Of a DNA stretch of 64,000 nt, positions 12,681 through 29,282 are shown one piece after another. A model generated the notes under the pieces. That model ran no database searches, was not told the DNA's origin, and saw only the letters and a program-made list of their open reading frames with translations. The DNA is from Klebsormidium nitens (lineage: Eukaryota > Plantae > Klebsormidiophyceae). Every line of letters begins with the position of its first letter. Positions within the stretch are counted from its first letter, which is position 1. Where the stretch lies: NCBI GenBank assembly GCA_000708835.1, contig DF237365.1, positions 17,769 through 81,768 on the forward strand. The letters are read 5' to 3'. The translations under genes and the position numbers were made by a program.

Positions 12681-13162
12681 GTCTGCACAGGGTGCCTCCT
12701 TTTCTCTGCTGGCTGGCTGAACTACCTCTCAACTTACATCGAGTGTGTCAGCTTCACGGACTTGTGCACAGTGTTTGAGCTAGCTCCCTGCTTGCAACAC
12801 CCGGTTTGTGAGCTCCTGAGGCTGGGGCATTGCATGCAGGGTGTCTGAAACTTTCCAGCATGCAGCTAGGAAGCTCACTAGTTCTTGAACTTGACGTGAG
12901 GAAGCGAACACTGAAGTCAACTGGGGCTGAGCGCTGTGGACTGCACTGCCACTACAGAAGTGTTTCAGATCTGCTATGCAGCAGGTACCTAGAAAACCAC
13001 TACTGAAATCGGGTGATCGGCAGCCAGCTTGCTAAGCGGCCAAGGAAGCCTAAGAAGGTCAGCTCGTATCCTTCAGCAGCATTGCCTCTCCCATGCCACT
13101 TGCAGACCTGCCACATCCCCATTGAGCTACCAAATTTGAGCGGCCAGCTGCGCGCTTAGTCC

Positions 13163-15747
13163 ATGGCTTCTTCTTTCGCCTCTCGAGGCATCTTGCTGCG
13201 GAGACTCGCACACGGGCTAATCAACCAGGCAGCGCTGCCAGGGATCTCTAAGGGCAGCAGCCAAAACGGCCTTTCTGTGGCCTGCCGGGCCGCTCTGGTC
13301 GCTGAAACCCCTCCCTCAAAAAGGCGTCTCTTCTCCAGCTCATCCGCCAGCTCCCGCGTGCTGGTCACATTTGACATTGATGGGACACTCGTTGAGGCGA
13401 TTGGGACCGAGGCGAACAAGATGCACAAGGGCGCCTTTTCGCATGCCCTTAAGGAGCTGTATGGAGTGGACGGCACCATTGATGCAGTCAAGGTGGGTGG
13501 GGCCAACGAGGCTGCAAAGGAAGTGGCTCTTCAGCGCGAGGAAGTTCTAGAAGAGGGGGTTCACTTCTGATGGGTGCAAAAGTCCTCCTTGAACTCAGGT
13601 CGCTGCAAAAACATGACCTTTTCTGGCATTATGAGAACAGCATGACGGGGTTGGTCTTGGGCTTACCAGCATCTTGAGCTGGCGCCAATACTTTGAGAGT
13701 GGGACTGGCAGGATGGTTTGTTTTCTAGGAAAGAAGAAGTGCGGAATAAGCTTAAGATCATCCTCGATGGCCTCCAGCAGCAGGTGGCAGAATGCGGCAG
13801 CCACGGGTCTTCAGAGACACAAATACCAGCTGAAGAATGAAAGAAAATCGATCAAAGGTGCTCACAGTCCTCGTTATGCATCTTGCAGCACCACGGCAGC
13901 ACAGACAAGAGCGTCATCAAGAAGACCGCTCTCCACTATGGCGTATCAGAAGAGGTGGGCCCTTTGACCACCTCTTGACCAGGGGCAACACGTTATTGGG
14001 CACTCATCTTGCTGCCAGATACACATAGGGAGTTGCTATTTGACCCCCCCATATTATCTCCAGTCCACAGCGAGATACATGTATTCCAGGCGCGTCTTTG
14101 AGAAGACTCGTTAACATTTGAATCTCACTGAGTAGCGTACCGCCATGATTCAGATTGTCAGTGACTTTACACCTGCAGAAGATTATGAGTCGCTGGGACG
14201 ACATCGCCCCGAAGATGCTCGAGTATGCTCGTGGCCATGTGGCGCACGCTGCAGAGGGGCTGCACCTATTGCCCGGCGTGCTGCACCTTCTCAAAACACT
14301 GGCCGCCAGGGATGACGTTGTGACCGGCTTGGTGAGGCGCAGTGTGCTCTCTGCAACCGAGCGCATCGACCAGGACCATCTGGGTTTAAACGAGAACCCT
14401 CCCTGCTATTACCCCTTGTTGAGAAGAGGAGGGGCCTTTTCGACCCTCCTCCCGAAGCGAAAGTTTCAGTGGTTGCCGATTCTTCACGTCTGGCCACAGA
14501 ACAGAACTTTCTGGTAGACGACCTGGAGAGTTGAACTTACGATGGTCACAGGGAACAGAAAAAAAAGTCCCTCGTCTTGAAACTGAGGCTGTCTCCTGCA
14601 GGTGACCGGCAACCTGTCCGAGATTGCCTGGATGAAGATGAACGCGCTGGGAATCAAGGACCTCTTCTCGCCCCCGTACATAGGAGGGTGAGCTTCGAAG
14701 TTTTCACGCTGGACAGAGGCACCATTTCGACAACTTTGGTGTAAAATTTTTGCGGAATGCTGGCGCAGAATTCTGACCATGTTATCATCCACCTGGGTAC
14801 GAGCAGCCTCTGAAGATTCTCAGCGAAGTCTGGTGCCCTGGCTTACTATGAGTAAAGCCTTTCCGGAAACGCGCTAGCCAGCCTGGCCGACAGTTCTACT
14901 TGATTGTCTCATCAGCGCAGTGACCTTTGCTGCCAAGTGACATCGGTTCTTTCGCTTGGGCATTGGCTAAGCAATTGGTTCAACCCCTGTACGCTGATTG
15001 TTGTCCTCGTCTTTTGCGCAGGTTTGGAAGCGACCACGTGGATCGAGGGGAGCTCGTAAAGATTGCTGCAGCGCGCGCAGCCCAAAGTATACCCGGGCCT
15101 TCGTTCGGAGTGCGAGTTCACGTAGGCGACACGGTGAGCGTTCTTGTGATGCTCCTCCCGTTCGAGAGTGGCCCGGCTAGGCTGTTAGCACCCGGGCATA
15201 TTGTAAGTGAACGCGAGTGATTGTCTTACTGTCGGAAGAGGATGAACTGACGGCCTTCGAAAACACGGGGTGTCATAGTCGTCTTTTGCAAGGGCACAAT
15301 GGTTTCGTCGAGCTGACGTTCACCTCATGACCTAATGACTGAAGGCAGCCGCAAACGTTTGCTTTTCGGCTTGACTCCTGGATCAGTTGCCTACATTGCA
15401 GAATGATGTTTCAGATTCGGAAATCTTTGCTACTGTCAGGAGATCAAGTCGAATTTCATAACCACGGTTTGACTAGAGCAAGTCTGCAAAGCGACCCCGT
15501 TGACAATTACCTCACCATCGGCCGGACCGATTGAGTCATCAACCAAGTTCCCTTTTTGTTGCAGCCCAACGACGTGTCGGCTGCCCTTTACGGAGGTGCA
15601 CATGCTGTTGGTGTTCTGACAGGCGCCTTTGAGGAGAGCGAGTTGCTTGAGGCCGCTAAAGGAGACAGAAACAACGTAACAATACTGGAAAACCTTGAAG
15701 ATAGCGAGCGTTTTTTGAGCGTGTGTGGTTTATCAAATAGATCATAA
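13163..15747 (+). CDS. HAD-superfamily hydrolase (phosphoglycolate-phosphatase-like) with organellar transit peptide, 309 aa; exons 13163-13492, 13889-13954, 14179-14331, 14602-14687, 15022-15133, 15565-15747
   Basis: Motif I FDIDGTL, motif II VTGN, GGFGSD and motif IV VGDTPND. The first ~60 aa are Ser/Arg/Ala-rich. All introns are GT-AG and in phase. Confidence 0.9.
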
Positions 15748-17156
15748 GTTGTTGAGGAACTGATGATCTATTGTTCCTGCACTGAAGCGCCAGCAGGTAC
15801 GGCTACGTGATAGTAACAGCAACTCAGTTTCAGAACTGGACGATATAAATAGGTGATCGCATTCAATATAGGGACTCGTTTTTCTTCTCGGCTATAAAGC
15901 TATACTTGAACGTCTTTCTTTTTGACTTCAGATCGACTCGCTGAGTACATACAACAGCCTATCGCGAAACGCGCACATCTGCACAAAGAGCGGTCATGGA
16001 AATCGAGTCCAATCGGATCGGGCTGCGCATTTTTCAAAGGATCCGCAGATAGATGGCCGATCATGTCGCGCATGCGGTCGGATGTAGCCGCTCGCAACTG
16101 GCAAAAAGCCACGCTTAATGTGCGCTTAACAAGCTGCACTATGTGGTAGATTGATTGAAATCTTGGTAATCGATCGAATGACTTCAGCTCCACACGTTCA
16201 TATGCAGGTCCGATCAATTCAGATCAATACGACTTGGTGTCATGCACATGCATACCTAGTAAGTTGTCATGCAACCCTCAAACCCTATGTGATTGTCAGT
16301 GTCTCTGCGTACGTTGTAACTTCTAATGCTGCTCGAAGTCCTCTCGGAGTTTGGCAAGTACCGGCAGCTAGCCTTACAGCCTACAGGCCGGTTGTCTCCA
16401 AGATTCCGGCGACTCGGCCCATGTGGATCATGTGCTTTGCGACGCGAAGCGGGATCAAATGCGGCGCCTCGATCAAACACGTACTGCGTACTCACAATTA
16501 ATGCTTGAAATTGGAGTCGGTGATTGGAGTCGCGCCGTGACGCTGGCGTGAAATACACCGGCTCCGAGCCGCCTAGATCTTAACTCCCCACGACGGCCCT
16601 GTCGCGAATGAGATCAGATGAAACGGGCACCCGTTCCTTCGATCCATCGCTTCCGGCAATCCGCCCGGGGCTTGGGCCCCGGTGCAAGCTGGCTGCACAG
16701 TGCAGAACTAACTCTAGCCCGGGCCGCTCCCAGGCAGGATCTCTGGAACTTCAAGAAGGGGGTGGGGGCCGGGGCGTTTTGTTGCAAGCCAGATCTTCTG
16801 CTCATGCACACCGCGAAGAATCGTCCTGCTCGAGCTGCAGTGGCCAGCTCAATCTGTATGGTTAAAATGGTATGCAGTGTTCGCTAGGTCCAATTGCCTC
16901 TAAAGAAGACGATCAGAAAGGTGCAAGGGAGACCACAGCAGCGGACCTTTCTGGACGCTGCGAATAAGTCTAGAATTGGCAAGTCTACATTGATTTTAAT
17001 GTAGATTCTTCTACGGCCGCGGATTCTGTACGTGCTGATTGCTGCTGTGTTCAAAGTAATCCCAACAATTCTTGACGATCTAGCTGATCTTTTGTGAAGG
17101 CAGCAGCAGTTTAGGTCCCAGAGAAGTGCCGCTAGCTCACCGGGCACTCTTGCGCA

Positions 17157-20100
17157 ATGCCGTCTTTTGTGGCATCTGATGAGCGTGTCTGGCGGGAGGC
17201 AGAGAAGCTGGCCGCCGCACACGGAGGGCCCCGGGGGGTGCAGAAAGCTGTGGAGAAGGACGCATCGCTGCTTAAGGTGCTGGCGCTGCCGGAGGAAGCA
17301 GAGAGGATCGACCTGAATGCTTTGAAGGTATGCTGCAGTTGCTAAGCTTCCTGCGTCGTTGCCTGATTGGAGTCTAGTAATCTCTGTGAGCTGCATCCGC
17401 TCGTTTGTTGTGCTCTGTGATGGACACCTGTATCTACTGATGCTTACTGGTGAAAAGCTGGCATCTCCTTCTTGAGGTCCCTTCCATGCTCTGACCAACT
17501 TGTCGACCAGGATCTTATGCCACCGGAAGTATGATGGTACGGCCAGGCTAGCGCCTCATAGTGGTGACTCGTTGCTTTGCATCAGTGGTCAAAAAGACCT
17601 CTCCTTTTGTATTGCCACTGTGGGCTTGAGGTGCTTGCTCTGCGGCACGGCACTCCTACTCGAGCAAAGCAAAAGTAGTCTGCACAGGCTGGTGGTTCAT
17701 TTCTGACATTCTTGCATGATCGCTGCAGACATTCTTGATCTCAGGAGTTTACATAAAGATGCTTAGAGAGAAATCTAAAGAAAGATTTGCTGCTAGGAGC
17801 TGCAAGTTTTGATGCGACAATATGGTCAGCCGCTTACCACGTCGAATTCATGCAATGTGGCCTTTTACTTTTGGACAAAGTGGCAGAGGACCATTTTGTG
17901 ATATACTTCAACTGCAGTGTTCAAGCCAGCTGCTCTTAGCTGTTACGCACTTCCACATACATCCGGAACAGCTTCTGGCGCCTTGAGGCTCTTCTCGTTC
18001 AAGCTCTACTGCCTGTAAAGAATGTACAAGCCAGGAGGGATCTCGATCAGCTCGTGGGCTTCTGACCCCAGATTATGCGCAATCCGACAGTATAAATCGC
18101 CACCCTTGCTCCAGTTAGAGCACATTTTCAACCACAATCTTCGTATTCGCAGAACGAGGTTGACATTGTTATTCCCACCATCCGCGACTGCGACTTCCTC
18201 GAGCAGTGGCGGCCGTTCTTCGGGCAATGCCACCTGATCATCATCAAGGACGGTGACCCCGACAAACCGATCCGCGTGCCCGAGGGCTACTCGTACGAAC
18301 TCTACACGCGGCGCGACATTGAGCGCATCCTGGGGGAGAAGGCCAAGTGCATCTCCTTCAAATCCGCCGCGTGCCGCTGCTTCGGCTTCCTCGTCTCCAA
18401 GAAGAAGTACATCTACACAATTGATGACGACTGCTTCGTGAGTTCCCCCTTCGACTTGCTGGTGGACTGGAAGCTCTTGGTCACCGTAAATTTGAAAATG
18501 ACCTCTGGCTATGCCTTAGCGTGCTCGGCAGCTTACGTGTGGTACCCCGGATGCTGCGGCCAAATCTGGAGTCCGGGGTTTTCAGATTTAGGGTTTGATT
18601 TTAGGGTTCCATGCTCAACCTGCTCTTGACATCAAGAGCGACTTCTCAGGGGTCAGGGGCCTCACTGCAGTCAGGAAACCCCGCAAGTGGTACTTTGATC
18701 GGTCCCTTATGATGGCACAGCTGCCCCTGTGAACATGGATGCTAATAAGGCAGCCCTTCCTCAAGTTGTCAAGCCCCCCAACCGAGTCAGGGCGCAACGT
18801 TCCACACTCCCGGAGGGTGGTTTTCCCATCCCATCTCGATTCCACCTAGTTTACTATGCTCAAAAGGTATCCATTTTCACATACTTCTCACGTTATTCAG
18901 CCCAAAGATCTGAAAGGGGTCTCGTATGGCCCGCAGGTGTGCAAGGACCCCTCTGGCAAGGAGGTGGACGCGCTGCAGGGCCACCTGTTCAACCTGGTCA
19001 CTCCCGCCACCCCCTACTACTTCAACACCATGTACGACCCCTGGGAAGACGGTGAGCCACTGCTGCGTTTAGAAAACAGCGGGTGTCATTACAATCGAGG
19101 GTCCAACTGCGCCCTTACGCAGCTTGAAGCCTTCAGAAGCTCAGGGTCTTTTCGTCCTGAACCGGGGCTGGTCGTGTTGCGTGCTGATTCCTTCACGGAG
19201 GGCACCCTTTGAAGCTTGTGTTTGTTGGAATCCGCCTCGCCGCCTCGTCACTGATGTTCTCTGCTCTCGGTCACTTAGCCTCGTCAACGAAACCGAGGAG
19301 ATTGCTGGTGCCGTCCCCTTGTTCCTTGCCACCATGACTTTGATTTAGTCGTCCGATGTGCGCAGATGCCGACTTCGTGGCCTGCTATCCGTTCACCATG
19401 CGGCGAGGAGTGCCCACAGCCATGTCCCACGGCATGTGGCTCAATGTCCCGTGAGTGGCCACCGGCCTTGTCAATCCGTTCTGGGCAAAAAATCTTAGAA
19501 GCGGATCGGCCTCGCCTCGTCGTTTGATATACAAAGTAAGCACAACCTGGACGCAGAGCAGGGATTCAGACTTAACGGTACGAAAACACTGTTGACTCTC
19601 AGGAGGTGGGTGCGTTCCTGATCCGATCAATCAAAGCGTATCGAAAGCTCAAGCCTCTTGAGGAAGCGGCGTAAGGGTATGTAAAGTGCGTAGGCCTTTC
19701 TCCGAACCAAGAAGCTGCTTGCGTCGGAGGACAATCCTCGTTGCCAAAAGTCCTCTGCGGAGCTCACTCTGGACACCTGTCGCTTCGCCAGGGACTACGA
19801 CGGCCCCACGCAGCTTGCCATCGACAACTCGCGGAAGCCGGCGCAAAACAGTTACCGCTACGTTGATGCCACATTGACGATCCCAAAGGGCTCGCTCTTT
19901 TCCTGCTGCGGCATGAACCTCGCGTTCAACCGGGAGCTGGTCGGGCCGTCCATGTACTTCGGCCTCATGGGACAGGTGCGGAATGGAGGCGGACTCTAGA
20001 CCAAACAAGAGATGCTAGGTTTGTACTTAAGTTCAGGCTTGTAATTCGTTTCAGAGGCGGGTGCTGGTTGAAGAGAAGCGCTGAGTTGCAAGCAATTGTA

Positions 20101-22121
20101 GACGCGCTGAGCATAACGGTCGCGCAGGCAGTCAGCGGGCAGCAGCATTGGTTCCTCGTCTCTAGGGCACCAGGAGCGATACGAGTGCTGCGGATCGAGG
20201 GTCAAATCTTCAGGTTGTCGTGGAACGAGCTCATCGCCAGCAGCTTGCAGAGCCCAGGTTGACAGCTGCAGTCTCGCTTTCCCTTGCTTTGCGTGTGGAT
20301 CGCCGGCTTCAAGGGCTGCAGTTGTGTGTCAATCGAATCCTCTAGGGAGCCAGGCGATGTGCTCAATCCTTTTGTTGCGTGTGCAGGGAACGCCATGGGG
20401 CCGGTACGAGGACATGTGGGCAGGCTGGTCGACCAAGGTGAGGGGCCGCGACGGGGTGGCACGAGTATGGCGAGTGTGTATGTTGATAGCAGCCGGCAGT
20501 ATCCGCTGCCAATGCTGCTGCGCAATCAGTCCTGGGCTCTATTGACTCTTCGTATTCTACTTGAGAACGGGTCTGATCCCGACACACTGAGATGAGTGTA
20601 CACAGATCCGAGCTGGACTATGGCAACGATCGACAACCTCATTTTGGGAGAAGCTACAGATTGAGCCACAGTCGGTTCACGGCACCTGCAGACTCGTGCA
20701 GTGGTCCAAGTAGGTTACGCGTCAGGACGGGTGACCTTGAATCGTCCCCATCATCAGTGGTCATGTCCAGGTTCACTGCCCCTCCTGCGTTTGCGCCTGC
20801 AATCTCCGCTGTTGACCGAACATGCTGACTCAGGGTTCCCGTCGTTTTGCGGTTGGCAGGCAATCTGCGACCATTTGGGGCTGGGCGTCAAGACGGGCAA
20901 GCCTTACATCTGGCACAGCAAGGCCAGCAACCCGTACGCCAACTGGGACGTCGAGGTTAACGGCTTCCACTGGCAGGAGGTCATCGTGCCATTCTTCCAA
21001 GTGAGGGCTCCCCCCCGGCGGACCCCTTATCTTGCGTGGCTTTCGTTTCCAAACTTCGTTTACAACCCACGTTCTATTTTTGTGTGGTTTTACCGTGTTG
21101 GGGTATAGGGCGACGTTGCATATCCGTGCGCGGTGAAACGGGGTAGCACGAGAGAGAATTTAGCAGACTGCACTCGCCTTCCTTTTGAAGTCTGCCGCTT
21201 CCAGGGACCACAAGTGCTTGCTAATCAACGCCCTGGAGAGTCGTCCACACCTGCACCAACATCCACTTGTGAAGTGGTCCAGGAAAGGGCGGCGAGGGCC
21301 AGTCCCTCGTCGGCACAGCAGCTTCGCGCACTCGCTCTTGTCATTTTTTAAGAACTCGTTCGAGGATGCGGACAAGGGTCCGCCGTTATCAAGTGTCACA
21401 CCCTCGCTCGCCCTCTCTTGGCACTGAGGTCGCGAAAGTGACCAAGTTCCCGGTCTCTGTCCTCGCTTTCTGATTAATGACTTCCCGACACGAGGCCCAA
21501 TTTTCACGTGCCTGTGGCTTACCTTTGGGCTTACCCTCGTGCTTACCCTTGTGCAGAACATGAAGTTCTCGTCAAAGGCGACCACCGTACTAGATTGCTA
21601 CCGGGAGGCGGCCGAAAAGGTGAGAACACGCGAAAACCCCAAAGCCTGTGAACCAAATGTGCGGCCCGCAGAGCCACATCAATCTCTCCTCTTCTTTGAT
21701 GCACGGTAATAGCTTTTCTTCGCAAATGTGTTTTCACGTATTCTGTGCCACTATCGCTTTCTCGTTGCCTTGCATCCCATCTCTCTTTTCTTTCGGTTCG
21801 CTCGTTCTGATTGAGTTCGGTGTTTCCTGACTTTTTGCGTCTTTGATATTATTGTCGACTTGTATCTGCTCGCTTCAGAGCATCCTCATAAGATCCCTTT
21901 GGCTCTGTCGGAAGATGCCGTACCCGACCCTCAGCAGTGTTGCCTTTCCTTACACGCTTACCAGTCTTGTTTGCTTGATCCAGGTGAAGACGGAGCTCGT
22001 GGCTTTGGACCCGTACTTCTCACAGCTGGGCGCCATGATGGAGGTGTGGCTGGACGCCTGGGAGGAGCTCAACCCCGGGATGAAGGGCTTTGAGGCCCCC
22101 AAGTCGGCCAACAGCGCATAA
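17157..22121 (+). CDS. RGP: Reversibly glycosylated polypeptide / UDP-arabinopyranose mutase family (GT75), divergent, ~410 aa; exons 17157-17327, 18153-18437, 18937-19051, 19366-19450, 19792-19975, 20387-20437, 20860-21000, 21557-21619, 21984-22121
   Basis: [31 protein letters not shown] (DxD-type motif), [31 protein letters not shown] and AWEELNP. The first exon and start codon are less certain than the rest. Confidence 0.9.
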
Positions 22122-23908
22122 GCGATTGACCAACCGGCTGCTCATTGAACGCCAAGCCGGATGCCCGGCTGTCTATGCACGCACAGCGGCACATAGCGGT
22201 TATCTATTCGCAGGCGTTGTACTGCTTGTCAAACTGCGCCCAATATCTAGGAAAGAAAAGTACAGTCGGCATTTAGCGTTCGGCGAAAATTTAGCCCCCT
22301 GCTGACGGTTCGAGACGGGCCTGCACGGAGCCTTTTGACGCTATGATTTCTGTATACAGCTGACCACTAGTGATTTGTGTTCTGCCGAGCAGGATAGGTC
22401 CTGGTCCTCCAACAGCAGTATTCTTTCGTATAAGGTCTCCGTTGCAGTTGCAAGCAACGGGGACTCGGACCGAGTCTATCTGGGAGAGAGTGCCATTAAA
22501 GACAAGGGCTCTTTTGCACAGCAATTAAAATGGATCTAGTGACTCCCGCGAAAAGAGCTAACCCGGCGCTGATCGTGGCATATTGACTTTTGTGGTGTAC
22601 TTCTTGCGCGCTCTCTAAATTCATCTTCCAGCGGCACTCAGTAGTCGGCAGTTGACCGGACGCTATTGCAACCACTGTTGTTTTCTGTCAAGTATAGCAA
22701 GTAGGTTAATCTATAGTAGCCATTGATCGGCCGGCCGGCGCCTCGATGAGACACCATGTGTGCGTCGTGCTGCATATTCAATCAAATCCCGGGCTGGTAA
22801 CCCTTGGGAAACGTTCAACCTGAATATTGGGGTTCGAGTCCGATAAGTATATGCGGATATCGTTGCAGCTATCATGAGGTGGGCCGATGATCACGTACAC
22901 TACAGCCTGACGGTCTTACTTCAATGTCGGAAGGGGAGCCAATTAAGGGCCGGCCGCATATTCCACATGATGCATGCGAGGAGGCAGCGCAAGTTGCATT
23001 GAAATAATCAACGTGTCCGACACTTAGCAGTACATGCATTAAAATTGAATCCGCAAAAATTGCCGGCTAGTATATATCAGTGACCAAGTTTCTCGGGAAA
23101 CCGCGTGAGTCCACCATGTGGGCTGAGCCGCTCTTACTGTCAACTCAAATTGCTTAGGACACATGCGTCGTCAATTAAAATGTTGCTCACATCAATGTCG
23201 ATGATTTCGTCTCTACACACCTGCATGTAATCATCGATCCAACGCAGCTAAAGCAACCTTATGGGAATTCATTGATTGAAGATGTGCCTTGACAGAATGG
23301 ATCGAAAGAGGACATGGACTCTCTGCCAACCCTCGCTTGGCTGTACCCTAGGAAATTGACAGTCGGCTTTAATCTGGTGATAACAGACAATATATGTCAA
23401 CACCGTGAACTATTCCGGGTAAGCATGTGCGGTCGCCGAGGGGGTCAACACAAGCTGGCAGGGGGTCCGTGTACGTTCTCCCTCCTTTTGTTGCGCAACA
23501 AATTGAGGATTCAAGAAGTGAAACTTTCGGACCCAAGGGCCATGATCTAGCTGCAGTTTTGAAGCACCTTAGTTACAATCGCAAGATCAGTGGAGGGGGT
23601 TGCGCCATGATGGCAAGGTGCAGCAGGGGGATTTGATCATGATCAGATCACCAGTGAAGCCATGTTGAAAATAAATGACGACTATCAAGATCTATTGAGA
23701 TCTGATTCTGCCAACCCCATTGCAAAGAAGATGACGAAGCGAGACATACGTGCATGCAGAAAGTTTGAATAAAAAGCCGGAACAGCTCGCAGTGTCACTT
23801 TGTCCTTCTAAATAGACACTACTTAGCTCGACAAGATCAGGACCAAAGTTTTCGAGCCGGCCTAAGCGAACAAACACTGAAACATTGCCAAAAAAAGAGA
23901 CGCGCTTC

Positions 23909-28373
<4,465 letters not shown>

Positions 28374-29282
28374 TTTCCCAATCCGCGCCCCTTTTGCACC
28401 TTGAGTTCTCAGCTAACAAGTCCACGACGATTGAAATGCAAACAGATACAGAAATTATAAAGTAGGCGCTCAAACACCTGCAAATTGGTCAAGGAAAGTG
28501 ATTATGACGCGAACACTTTTGGAAGGTGGTCTTGCTACCAACTGCAAAATTTTGTCTTTGCGGAATGCGAGATTTCCTTTTGCAGTGAATCTGGTAAAAA
28601 CTACCACGTCAAACTGCATCTTTCAGCCAATCACAATCGACCATTTTGTGCGCGTTGACTTTTCCGACCAATCAGCTTTGACAGCCAGCCTAACCGTCTC
28701 GCTCGCGGCTCCGTCGGAATCCGTCAATCCAGAAGCATACCCCTGAAGAGGGACGCCGCCCGGGGCTCCCTTTCAAGCGCAGTGATCAGGCGTGCATGGT
28801 TGGCCGGTACTTCCCCGTTCCTCTGGGTCCTATTAGCGAGGTTCAGCGGTTATTCTCTCTGACAAGCTCCAGTCACGAAAACCAGAACACGTCAATTGGT
28901 AAACTTAGGACGGCTGCGATTCCTTGCCCAGAATCAAGTGCCAGCTGCAGCCAATCAAAACAACACAAGTAAGAAGGTTCTTTATCAATCGGGGTTGGGA
29001 CAACTGGATCCAAGTTGAGCCTTGTAGATATTGCGCCCACAAACTTCAAGAACTGTGACTTCAAAGTCGAACTTGAAATTGAACTGGAAGCCAATGCGGC
29101 TTGCTGAGGGAGTCGAGGAGATCATCTCCGAGATGCAAGAAACCTTCATGGTTGATCTCAAACAGAGTGTGTAACGTCGTAAGTGGGCACAGAAGCTGAA
29201 GCTGCTCGAATAGGGCAGCCCCTTTCTATGGTTGGAGTGGTTCAGAGGACTCCCATTACTTGCTGAATACTTCCTGGAGAGG
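28374..29282. promoter_or_regulatory. Divergent (probably bidirectional) promoter between BiP and GRP94, with UPRE-like and CCAAT motifs
   Basis: The ATGs are about 0.9 kb apart, head-to-head. CCACGTCA (TGACGTGG on minus) at 28604-28611, ACACGTCA at 28887-28894 directly followed by ATTGG, and CCAAT at 28627, 28668 and 28951. Confidence 0.65.

Noticed and set aside
16608-16887. Short ORFs upstream of RGP as extra coding exons or uORFs
   Set aside because: No homology signal or coding-like codon bias that I can support. Probably 5' UTR or promoter.
22831-22841. Pol III B-box (GGTTCGAGTCC) suggesting a tRNA or SINE
   Set aside because: No A-box at the right distance and no cloverleaf stems.
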